This document shows, one piece after another, positions 9,220-19,259 of a stretch of 36,921 bases of DNA. The position numbers and the translations under genes were made by a program. Location of the stretch: the NCBI GenBank assembly GCA_038199465.1, contig JBBPYZ010000038.1:1-36921 (forward strand), written 5' to 3'. Positions within the stretch are counted from its first letter, which is position 1; each line of letters starts with the position of its first letter. The notes under the pieces were generated by a model that saw nothing but the letters and a program-made list of their open reading frames with translations, was not told where the DNA came from and searched no databases. The DNA is from Acidimicrobiales bacterium (GTDB lineage Bacteria > Actinomycetota > Acidimicrobiia > Acidimicrobiales > JAUJNH01).

Positions 9220-9834
9220 ATGGGCGAGGCATCGGGAGCCGAGGGCACCGACGGCGTCGAGTACGCCCAGCGGTTGCTGGCGAAGCAGAACATCTGGTGG
9301 AAGAAGCTCTTGCGCGTGCAGGCGCCGTACCAGTGGAACCTGCGCCGTCAGGGACTCGGGCGGACTATCGACGTCGGCTGCGGCATCGGTCGCAACCTCA
9401 AGACCTTGGCGCCCGGGTCGGTCGGGGTCGACCACAACTCGGACTCGGTGGCCGTGGCCCGTGTCAGCGGCGCCATCGCGATGACGCCCACAGAGCTAGG
9501 CGCGAGTGACCTGGCCCGGCCTGGGTCCTTCGACGGGATGTTGCTGGCGCACGTCATCGAGCACATGGGAAGAGAGGAGGCACAGGCCCTGGCGCGCGAG
9601 TACCTGCCTTACCTCCGACCGGGCGGCAAGGTTTTCATGCTGTGCCCACAGGAACGAGGCTTCGCCAGCGACCCGACGCACGTCCAGTTCACCACGGACG
9701 AGGATCTCGTGGCGCTGTCCCGCTCTCTCGGCCTGGTCCCCGGCAAGCCCTACAGCTTTCCGTTCCCGCGCTGGGCCGGGAAGCCGTTCATCTACAACGA
9801 GTTCTGTCTGCTGTCCGTCGTCCCCGGAGCGTGA
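9220..9834 (+). CDS. Class I SAM-dependent methyltransferase
   Basis: Track ORF 9217..9834 begins with TTG followed immediately by ATG at 9220. Motif I is IDVGCGIGRNL, the post-I acidic residue lies in VGVDHN, and GGKVFMLCP is also present. Confidence 0.85.
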   Translation: MGEASGAEGTDGVEYAQRLLAKQNIWWKKLLRVQAPYQWNLRRQGLGRTIDVGCGIGRNLKTLAPGSVGVDHNSDSVAVARVSGAIAMTPTELGASDLARPGSFDGMLLAHVIEHMGREEAQALAREYLPYLRPGGKVFMLCPQERGFASDPTHVQFTTDEDLVALSRSLGLVPGKPYSFPFPRWAGKPFIYNEFCLLSVVPGA

Positions 9835-9846
9835 GGCGCCGGTCTC

Positions 9847-10580
9847 TCAACGGAAGAGGTCCTCGGCGTTGGGCCGGATCACCTCGGCACGGACCGACGC
9901 CTCCCGCAGGAACGCGGGATCGATGCCTCGCACGATCGCCACAGGGATGCCCCTTGACTTCCCCATGACGAGCTCGGCCGCCGCCGCCACCTCGTCAGCG
10001 ATGCAGACCTCGGTCACCTGGAGCTCGCGGCCGAGGGCGTCGAGCGAGCCGCGCAGGTCGGCTACCGCGGCCAACCCGGCGACCCCGATGGCCACATCGG
10101 TGACGCCGCGCCGCCAGGGGCGCCCGAAGGTGTCGCTGACCACCACGCCCACATCGACGCCGAGCCTGGCCCGCAAGCCGTCGCGGATGCGGCGAGCCGA
10201 ACGGTCGGGATCGAGCGGAAGGAGGGCCGCCCAGCCCGGCTCGACGTTCGACAGGTCGATCCCGGAGTTGGCGCAGACGAAGCCGTGGCGGGTTTCGGTC
10301 ACGACGAGGTCGCCTCGACGACGCAGGACGCGCACCGACTCGGCCTCGACGAGGGACTTGTGGGCCAGGTGGTCGCCAGGGTCGATGGGCACCAGACGTC
10401 CCTCGGCCTTGCTCACGACCTTCTGGGTGACGACGACGACGTCACCGTGCTGCAAGAGGGTACCGGCGGCGCTTGCGACGATGTCGGCGAGGACCTGGCC
10501 CGGCCGGACCTCGTGGATATCGCCGACGGGGATCACTCGCAGGTCACCCGCACCCAGCTCGGGATGCATGCGCCTTGACA

Positions 10581-10581
<1 letters not shown>
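9847..10581 (-). CDS. cofE: Coenzyme F420-0:L-glutamate ligase, single-domain CofE type
   Basis: Track ORF of 244 aa. VVVVTQKVVSKAEGR and DTFGRPWRRG blocks are typical of CofE and the FbiB N-terminal domain. There is no C-terminal nitroreductase-like domain. ATG 10569 is an alternative start. Confidence 0.88.
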
Positions 10582-12565
<1,984 letters not shown>

Positions 12566-12801
12566 TCAGAACCGTCGGGATCAGGTGAAACCCGTTGGTT
12601 CTGGGAACCGTCGACCGGCCACAGCTGCGGCGGTGCATCCAGGCCGCCGCCCTCGCGCACGTCGACCCGCAGACCGGAGGCGGTATGCACGATGCCCGTC
12701 GCCTCGGCCAGCACCGTCAGGGACCGGATCGCGCCCCTCGCCACCAGGCTCGCCTTCGGGCTGGCGCCCGAGGGCTCGTCGCTGCCAGCATCAAGCCTCA
12801 C

Positions 12802-14247
12802 ATGTCTGCCAACGCGACCGACCGGACCCCTGAGGTCGTCATCATCGGGGCCGGCCCCGCCGGCCTCACCGCGGCCTACGAGCTGGGCAAGGCGGGCGTC
12901 CGCTCCACCATCCTCGAAGCGGACACCGTGGTGGGTGGGATCAGCCGCACGGCCAAGCGCGGCGGCTGGCGCTTCGACATCGGCGGCCACCGCTTCTTCA
13001 CCAAGGTCACCCGGGTCGAGAGGCTGTGGCACGAGATCCTCCCCGACGAGGACTTCCTGATGCGGCCCCGCATGAGCCGGATCTTCTACAAGGGCAAGTT
13101 CTACGACTACCCCCTCAAGCCCATCAACGCCCTGAAGAACCTGGGCATCGTCGAATCCGTCCTGAGCGTGCTCTCCTACCTGTGGGTGCGGGTCCGGCCG
13201 CCGAAGGAGACCACGAGCTTCGAGGGCTGGACGGCGAACGCCTTCGGCTGGCGCCTCTACCGCACGTTCTTCAAGACCTACACCGAGAAGGTGTGGGGCG
13301 TGCCCGCCGAGAAGATCCAGGCTGACTGGGCCGCCCAGCGCATCAAGAACCTCAACCTGATCAGCGCCATCGTCAACGCCCTCCTGCCCAAGCGCAACCA
13401 GAAGGACATCACCTCGCTGATCGAGGAGTTCCAGTACCCAAAGTACGGTCCCGGCCAGATGTGGGAGAAGTGCACCGAGCTGGTGCAGGCCCAGGGGTCG
13501 AAGGTCGTGTTCGAGACCAAGGTGGCCAAGATCCGCCACCAGAGCGGCCGGGCCACCGCCGTGGTCGGCTCGTCCCGTGACGGGGGGGAGACCGACTACC
13601 CGTGCTCCGACGTGGTCTCCTCGATGCCGTTCACCGCCCTGCTGAAGGCGATGGACCCGCCGCCGCCGGCCGAGGTCATCGCCGCCGCCGGCCGCCTCAC
13701 CTACCGCGACTTCCTCACCGTGGCCCTGGTCGTGCCCGAGTCGGCCGGGTTTCCCGACAACTGGATCTACATCCACGCCCCCGAGGTGAAAGTGGGCCGC
13801 ATCCAGAACTTCGGCTCGTGGTCGCCCTACCTGGTCAAAGACGGCCGCACCTGCCTCGGCTTGGAGTACTTCGTATTCGAGGGTGACGAGCTGTGGAACG
13901 CCCCCGACGACGACCTGATCGCCCGGGGCAAGCGCGAACTGCAGCAGCTGGGCCTGGTCGACCCATCGGTGGTCGAGGAGGGCTACGTGGTCCGGATGCC
14001 AAAGGCGTACCCGTTCTACGACGCCACCTACAAGGCGAACCTGCAGATCATGCGCGACTGGCTCGCGGCCAACACCCCGAACGTCCACCCGGTCGGGCGC
14101 AACGGCATGCACAAGTACAACAACCAGGACCACTCGATGCTCACGGCGATGCTGAGCGTGGAGAACATCCTGGGCCACCAGCCTGCGCACGACGTCTGGG
14201 CGGTCAACGTCGAGAAGGACTACCACGAGGAGAAGGCGGCTCCCTGA
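12802..14247 (+). CDS. FAD/NAD(P)-binding oxidoreductase (amine-oxidase / protoporphyrinogen-oxidase / UGM-like superfamily), substrate unknown
   Basis: ATG 12802 (MSANATDRTPEVV) is in frame with track ORF 12595..14247. VVIIGAGPAGLTAAYELGKAG is a dinucleotide-binding motif followed by ILEADTVVGGISRT. It has the family look of the flavoenzymes often found in polysaccharide loci. Confidence 0.85.
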   Translation: MSANATDRTPEVVIIGAGPAGLTAAYELGKAGVRSTILEADTVVGGISRTAKRGGWRFDIGGHRFFTKVTRVERLWHEILPDEDFLMRPRMSRIFYKGKFYDYPLKPINALKNLGIVESVLSVLSYLWVRVRPPKETTSFEGWTANAFGWRLYRTFFKTYTEKVWGVPAEKIQADWAAQRIKNLNLISAIVNALLPKRNQKDITSLIEEFQYPKYGPGQMWEKCTELVQAQGSKVVFETKVAKIRHQSGRATAVVGSSRDGGETDYPCSDVVSSMPFTALLKAMDPPPPAEVIAAAGRLTYRDFLTVALVVPESAGFPDNWIYIHAPEVKVGRIQNFGSWSPYLVKDGRTCLGLEYFVFEGDELWNAPDDDLIARGKRELQQLGLVDPSVVEEGYVVRMPKAYPFYDATYKANLQIMRDWLAANTPNVHPVGRNGMHKYNNQDHSMLTAMLSVENILGHQPAHDVWAVNVEKDYHEEKAAP

Positions 14248-14251
14248 GCCC

Positions 14252-15922
14252 CTACGTCGGGAGGCCCTTGGCGTACAGGCGGCTCTGGACAACGGTGTGG
14301 ATCGATGGGCGCCTCGGGTCGGGATCGAGCTGATCGACCAGCCGCAGGCCGGGGGTGGCCCGTATGATGTCCTCGGCCTGGTTGCAGCGCTGGTACATGA
14401 GGTTGACGAACTCGGTGTCCGCGATTGTCAGGCGGTTGAGCGGAGCGCACACCACCAGGATGTGGCCGCCGGCCGGCACGGCCGTCAGGAGCGGGGGCAG
14501 GAGCGCCTGCTGGTCGGCCGCTCGCAACCGCTCGAAGGCGTCGCGCTGATCGGTCCGGCTCGGATCGGCAGCCGGCCCGGTCGCATCGGCGTAGCGGAGA
14601 TCGGGCGGCATGTACAGGGACAGGACCGGAATGCGGCCGAAGTCGGTGACCACGAGGTCGCCGGGCTGCAGCTGCAGACTGAAGTGGTCGGCGATCAGCT
14701 TGTAGTCGCTCTTGCGGTTTGGCTCCGTCCGCAGGCCGATCGGAGCGGTCAGCGCGCTGTAGAGCACGAGGCCGGCCAGGGCCACCTGGCCGCCTCGGGC
14801 CACGCCGACCGCCAGCACGAGCGCTATCGGGGCGAGCACCACCGCCAGGTAGCGGGCGTGCCACACCGACTCCTCCCGGGAGATGAGCCAGGCGATCATC
14901 ACCGTGACCCCGGGCAGGATGGCCACGGCGACGGTGCCGCGCCCCACCTGCCTCCAGGGTCGCTGCAGCACCGCCATGAGCCCGAGGGCGGCGCCCAGCC
15001 CCAGGGCCACCGTCGCCTCCCGTGCTCCGAAGAGGCCGATCACGTCGTCCCGCACCTGGTTGGGTGTCGGTACGGGCTCGACCAATACGCCGGTGTGCTC
15101 TAGCTGGTAGAGCAGGGTCGGCAGCCACGGCAGGTAGGCGATCGCCGTGGCCCCGAAGGCCAGCACGACATCCCGGAGGACTTGGACCCGGTCTTGGGAG
15201 AGCACCACGCAGGCGATGGCGGCCACGCCAGCTGCGATCCCGAACAACACGCCCCAGTTGTGGGTGTAGAGGACGAGTGCCAACAGGACCGAAAAGATCG
15301 GAACGTAGCGGCGGCGCCGGAGCACGAAGGCGTGTACGAAGGCGGCCGAGGTCAGCAGGCTCAGAAGGGCCAGCAGCGTGTACATCCGGGTCTCGGTGGC
15401 GTAGTAGGACAAGAACGGGTTGAGGGCCATGAGCGCGGCGAAGACCCATCCCACGCGGCGACCGAACAGGCTCCAGCCGGCCCATAGGGCGGCCGGGATG
15501 GTGGCGACGGCGAACCCGAGCGAGAGGAGGTGCGTGGCCACCTCCGATGACCCGAACAGCGCCATCCAGACGTGCAGGAGCAGGTAGTACAGCGGCGGGG
15601 AGCCATCCTGGCGGAGGATCTCCGGGATCTCGGTGAAGCCGTGAGAGGAGATGCCGATCGTGATCCCCTCGTCCACCCAGAACAAGGCAGCGCGGCCTTG
15701 ACCCCAGAGGTAGCCGGTGAGGACGACCACCACGATCAGCATGAGGACGTCCCCGCTCCCGAACCGTTCGTTCGGTTGGTCCGATCGCTCGTCGTCAGCC
15801 CACAGGATCGGCTGTGTCCGCCGAACCGATGCGGCGGGCGCGAAGGGGGAGCGGGAGGATTCTGAGGTTGGGGCGGTGACGTGATCCCCGCGTCGTTCCT
15901 TCGCCCCCTCGTGTGTCTGCAC
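14252..15922 (-). CDS. GT-C glycosyltransferase, GT39/ArnT-PMT-like, tandem paralogue 1
   Basis: Track ORF of 556 aa. WVDEGITIGIS follows TM1, giving a DE motif in the first loop. GSPPLYYLLLHVWM is present. There are about 10 or more TM helices and a soluble C-terminal domain of about 150 aa. The start is uncertain (GTG 15922 or downstream). Confidence 0.85.
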   Translation of the reverse strand: MQTHEGAKERRGDHVTAPTSESSRSPFAPAASVRRTQPILWADDERSDQPNERFGSGDVLMLIVVVVLTGYLWGQGRAALFWVDEGITIGISSHGFTEIPEILRQDGSPPLYYLLLHVWMALFGSSEVATHLLSLGFAVATIPAALWAGWSLFGRRVGWVFAALMALNPFLSYYATETRMYTLLALLSLLTSAAFVHAFVLRRRRYVPIFSVLLALVLYTHNWGVLFGIAAGVAAIACVVLSQDRVQVLRDVVLAFGATAIAYLPWLPTLLYQLEHTGVLVEPVPTPNQVRDDVIGLFGAREATVALGLGAALGLMAVLQRPWRQVGRGTVAVAILPGVTVMIAWLISREESVWHARYLAVVLAPIALVLAVGVARGGQVALAGLVLYSALTAPIGLRTEPNRKSDYKLIADHFSLQLQPGDLVVTDFGRIPVLSLYMPPDLRYADATGPAADPSRTDQRDAFERLRAADQQALLPPLLTAVPAGGHILVVCAPLNRLTIADTEFVNLMYQRCNQAEDIIRATPGLRLVDQLDPDPRRPSIHTVVQSRLYAKGLPT

Positions 15923-16003
15923 CCCTCAGCCCTTCCTTCACGTCAGTGCCCGGCACGTTATCGGAGCCCGGAGCTGGTCGTCATAGCCGATGTGTTCCCC
16001 TGG

Positions 16004-17602
16004 TCAGGTCGAGGTGACCTTGAGGAACAGGCGGCCCTTCACCGAGGCGTAGAGCGCGGGCAACTGTGGATCGGGATCGAACGCGTCCCTAAGCTCCAGG
16101 CCCTCCATCTCCAGCATCAGCCTCTCCGCTTCGTTGCAGCGCAGGGGGTCGAGCTGCACGAACTCGGGGTCCTCGGCGCTCGTGTTGCTCGCCGAATGGC
16201 ACACCACGACCACGTGGCCGCCAACCGGGAGGGACTCGACCAGCGGTGGGAGGCTCAACCTCGGGTTGGCAGCCCTCAGTCGCTTGACGCTGTCACGCTG
16301 GTCCGTCCTCCGCTCGTCGGGCACCACACCGCTTGCAGCATCGAAGTAGCGCAGGCCAGGCGGAAGGTAATAGGACAGGAGGGGGATCCGGCCGAAGTTG
16401 GTTACCACCAGGTCACCTGGCCGCAACTGCGGTCCGAAGCGCTGGGTAACCAGCTTTGCATCGCTCTTTGAGGTCGGCCGCTGCTTCTCTTGTATCGGAG
16501 CGGTCAGGAACCCGTATACGACCAGACAAGCGATAGACATCCGTCCGGCATGGGCCAGGCCGACAGCGAATACGAGGGCGATGGGCGCCAATGCCACGGT
16601 GAGGTATCGCGATTGCCACACCGACTCCTCCTGGGACATCAGCCACGCGACGACGATCACCACCACCGGGAGGATGGCGAGGGCCACGACGGCGCGCCCG
16701 TCCCGCTTCAACGGCCGCCGCAGCACAGGGGCGAGCCCGGCCACGGCGCCGATGCCCAAGGCCACGAGCGCCTCCCGGGAACCGAAAACCTCCATGAGCT
16801 CATTACGCGCGGTCAGCAGCGTCGGCGTGCGAGCGAAGGGGGTGCCCGTATGGGCCAGCTGCAGGAGCAGGCTCGGCAGCCAGGGCAGGTACGAGAACGC
16901 AGCGCCGCCGAAGGCCAGGGCGGCGTCGATGATGACCCTGCGGCCGAACCCGTCGAAGCCGGCGCAGACGAGGGCGGCGACGCCGGCGGCGAACCCAAAG
17001 AAGAGGCCCCAGTTGTGGGTGTAGATGACAAGCGTCAGGAGGAGCGAGAAAGCGGGCAGGTAGCGCCGCCGACGGAACACGAAGGCGTGGGCGAATGTGG
17101 CGCTAGCCAGGAGCGCCAGCAGGGCAAGCAGCGTGTACATCCGGGTCTCGTTCGCGTAGGAGGCCAGGAACGGGTTGAGGGCCATGAGCGCGGCGAACAT
17201 CCATCCGACCCGGCGCCCGAAGAGGCTCCACCCGGCCCAGAGGGCGGCCGGGATGGTGGCTAGGGCGAACCCAAGCGAGAGCAGGTGGGTGGCAACCTCA
17301 GACGACCCGAACATCGCCATCCAGACATGGAGGATGAGGTAGTACAACGGTGGGGAGCCGTCCTGGCGGAGGATGCCGGGTATTGAGGTGAAGGAGTGCG
17401 AGGAGATGCCGACCGCTATCCCTTCGTCCACCCAGTAGTCCAACGTGCTGGCCCGGCTCCACAGGTAGCCCACCACGATGAGCACCGCGGCCAGGGTGAG
17501 GAGATCTCGTGGCGCGGCGCGACGGCGCGGCCCTTCCGCCACGTCCTCGGCGACGCTGGGGGATTCCGGCTCCGAACGACGCTCGACGTCGGGCGCTGGC
17601 AT
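16004..17602 (-). CDS. GT-C glycosyltransferase, GT39/ArnT-PMT-like, tandem paralogue 2
   Basis: ATG at 17602 (MPAPDVERRSEP) is in frame with track ORF 16004..18337. It is collinear with paralogue 1 (WVDEGIAVGIS, GSPPLYYLILHVWM). DNA blocks are identical at a constant 1755-nt offset. Confidence 0.85.
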   Translation of the reverse strand: MPAPDVERRSEPESPSVAEDVAEGPRRRAAPRDLLTLAAVLIVVGYLWSRASTLDYWVDEGIAVGISSHSFTSIPGILRQDGSPPLYYLILHVWMAMFGSSEVATHLLSLGFALATIPAALWAGWSLFGRRVGWMFAALMALNPFLASYANETRMYTLLALLALLASATFAHAFVFRRRRYLPAFSLLLTLVIYTHNWGLFFGFAAGVAALVCAGFDGFGRRVIIDAALAFGGAAFSYLPWLPSLLLQLAHTGTPFARTPTLLTARNELMEVFGSREALVALGIGAVAGLAPVLRRPLKRDGRAVVALAILPVVVIVVAWLMSQEESVWQSRYLTVALAPIALVFAVGLAHAGRMSIACLVVYGFLTAPIQEKQRPTSKSDAKLVTQRFGPQLRPGDLVVTNFGRIPLLSYYLPPGLRYFDAASGVVPDERRTDQRDSVKRLRAANPRLSLPPLVESLPVGGHVVVVCHSASNTSAEDPEFVQLDPLRCNEAERLMLEMEGLELRDAFDPDPQLPALYASVKGRLFLKVTST

Positions 17603-17848
17603 CGGCGGCGTCCGCTTTGAGACGAGCGGTATCCTCGGACCACCCCCCTGCTTGCGGAGGTGCGCTCCGGCTCGCCGCCCCGATGTTCCTGTGCCGTGCA
17701 GCGGTGAGGGAGGTGGCGTGAGTTCCTCCCCCGCCGAGCGGAGGTGAGCCCCACCTCGTCTACGCAACCTGAACCGTCCCTTCGATGCCGAGCGTGGCTG
17801 GGGCAGGATAACGGAGCGCGTGGGGGACGGGCCGTAGGGTGGCTGGGG

Positions 17849-18754
17849 ATGCGGGCGTTCGTCACCGGCGCCGCCGGGTTCGTGGGACGGCACCTCACGA
17901 CCCACCTGGAGGCGGTGGGCGACGAGGTGGCCGTCCTGGCCGAGGGCATCGACATCGCCGACGGGACGGCGGTCGCCGCCGCGATGGCCGAGGCGGCACC
18001 CGAGGTGGTGTACCACCTGGCCGGCTGGGCCCACGTCGGCGACTCGTGGAAGCACCCGACCGAGGTGGTCCGGGTCAACGTCCTGGGCACCGCGGCGGTG
18101 CTCGAGGCCTGCCGCTCGGCCGGCGTCGGGCGGATCCTGCTGGTCGGCTCGGCCGACGCCTACGGCACTTTCGACCCGACCGACCTGCCCCTTCGGGAGG
18201 ACCTCCCGCTGTGCCCGGTGACGCCCTACGGCGCCTCGAAGGCCGCCGCCGAGGTGCTCGCCCTCCAGGCCCACCGGGCCTCGGGCGCCGGGGTGGTCCT
18301 CACCCGGTCGTTCAACCACACCGGCCCGGGGCAGCACCCGTCGTTCGTGGTGCCCGCCCTGGCCCGGCGGATCGTCGAGACGGCCGCCGCTGGCGGAGGG
18401 GCCGTGCGGGTGGGCAACCTGTCGGCGCAGCGGGACCTCCTCGACGTCGAGGACGTCGTGCGGGCCTACCGGGTCCTGGCCGCCCGCGCCGAGCCGGGAC
18501 GGGCGTACAACGTCTGCTCGGGCGTGCCCGTGGTCATCGAGGAGCTGGCCCGACGCCTGTCCGAGCTGTCGGGCGCCGAGGTGGACCTGGTGGTCGACCC
18601 CGCCCTGGTGCGCCCGGTCGACGTGCCCCTGGTGGTGGGGGACAACACCCGCCTGCGGGCCCTTGGGTGGCAGCCGGAGGTGGCGCTGGCCGAGACCCTG
18701 CGCCGGGTCCTGGCCGACCAGCGCTCGTGCCGGGAGGCCACCGCCGGGCCCTGA
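17849..18754 (+). CDS. rmd: GDP-4-dehydro-6-deoxy-D-mannose reductase (Rmd-like; GDP-D-rhamnose or GDP-6-deoxy-D-talose forming)
   Basis: ATG 17849 (MRAFVTGAAGFVGRHL) is in frame with track ORF 17744..18754. YGASKAAAE, SFNHTGPGQHPSFVV, VGNLSAQRDLLDVEDVVRAY and YNVCSG blocks match my recollection of P. aeruginosa Rmd. Confidence 0.8.
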   Translation: MRAFVTGAAGFVGRHLTTHLEAVGDEVAVLAEGIDIADGTAVAAAMAEAAPEVVYHLAGWAHVGDSWKHPTEVVRVNVLGTAAVLEACRSAGVGRILLVGSADAYGTFDPTDLPLREDLPLCPVTPYGASKAAAEVLALQAHRASGAGVVLTRSFNHTGPGQHPSFVVPALARRIVETAAAGGGAVRVGNLSAQRDLLDVEDVVRAYRVLAARAEPGRAYNVCSGVPVVIEELARRLSELSGAEVDLVVDPALVRPVDVPLVVGDNTRLRALGWQPEVALAETLRRVLADQRSCREATAGP

Positions 18755-18776
18755 GGCCGGGCCGGCGCCGAGCCGT

Positions 18777-19157
18777 TCAGGCGGCGAGGAGCGAGCGCAC
18801 CTGGGTGGCGGCGGTCTCGGCGGCCTGGCGGGCCGAGGCGACCACGGCCTTGACGTGGTCCGGGAGCCGCTGCTCGACGTCGTCGAAGCGCACCTCGAGC
18901 TCCTTGGCCACTGGCTCGAGGGCCTCCTCGAGGTTGGCCACGGCCTTGTGCACCTGGGTCCTGACCTCGCTGAGCTGGGCGTCGAGCACGCTGGCCAGTT
19001 CCTCGACCTGGGCCTTCAGCGAGGCCTCGAGGCGGTCGCGGTCGACGCCGACGGTGCTGGCCACCTCACGCCGGGCCACCTGGGCGCGCTGGAAGCCGAG
19101 CACGCTGAGGCCGACGGCGACGTAGGCGGAGTCCTTGAGGGTCTGGGTCACATCCAT
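18777..19157 (-). CDS. Small alpha-helical protein (HbhA/phasin/apolipoprotein-like), unknown function
   Basis: ATG 19157 (MDVTQTLKDSAYVAVGLSVLGF) is in frame with track ORF 18777..19193. The 12 codons upstream have low GC3. The rest of the protein is heptad-like and rich in E, A, L, V and Q. Confidence 0.65.
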   Translation of the reverse strand: MDVTQTLKDSAYVAVGLSVLGFQRAQVARREVASTVGVDRDRLEASLKAQVEELASVLDAQLSEVRTQVHKAVANLEEALEPVAKELEVRFDDVEQRLPDHVKAVVASARQAAETAATQVRSLLAA

Positions 19158-19164
19158 GCGTGCA

Positions 19165-19193
19165 ACCGTAACGCTAAGTGCTAACCGTTGCAA
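19165..19193 (-). promoter_or_regulatory. Candidate sigma-70-type promoter giving a leaderless transcript for the 18777..19157 gene
   Basis: The minus strand reads TTGCAA (19193..19188), a 17-nt spacer, TACGGT (19170..19165), 7 nt, then ATG at 19157. It lies in the least GC-rich stretch of the divergent spacer. Confidence 0.3.
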
Positions 19194-19259
19194 GCGGTTG
19201 GGCCGCGGGAAGGGTGTCCGCGAGGCGGGGAGGTGCCGGGTCTAGCCTCGTCCTCCCGT

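Noticed and set aside
17603-18337. The 245-codon upstream extension of the second GT-C gene in track ORF 16004..18337.
   Set aside because: The extension overlaps rmd in antisense and is Arg/Gly/Pro-rich. Alignment with the paralogue supports the start at ATG 17602.
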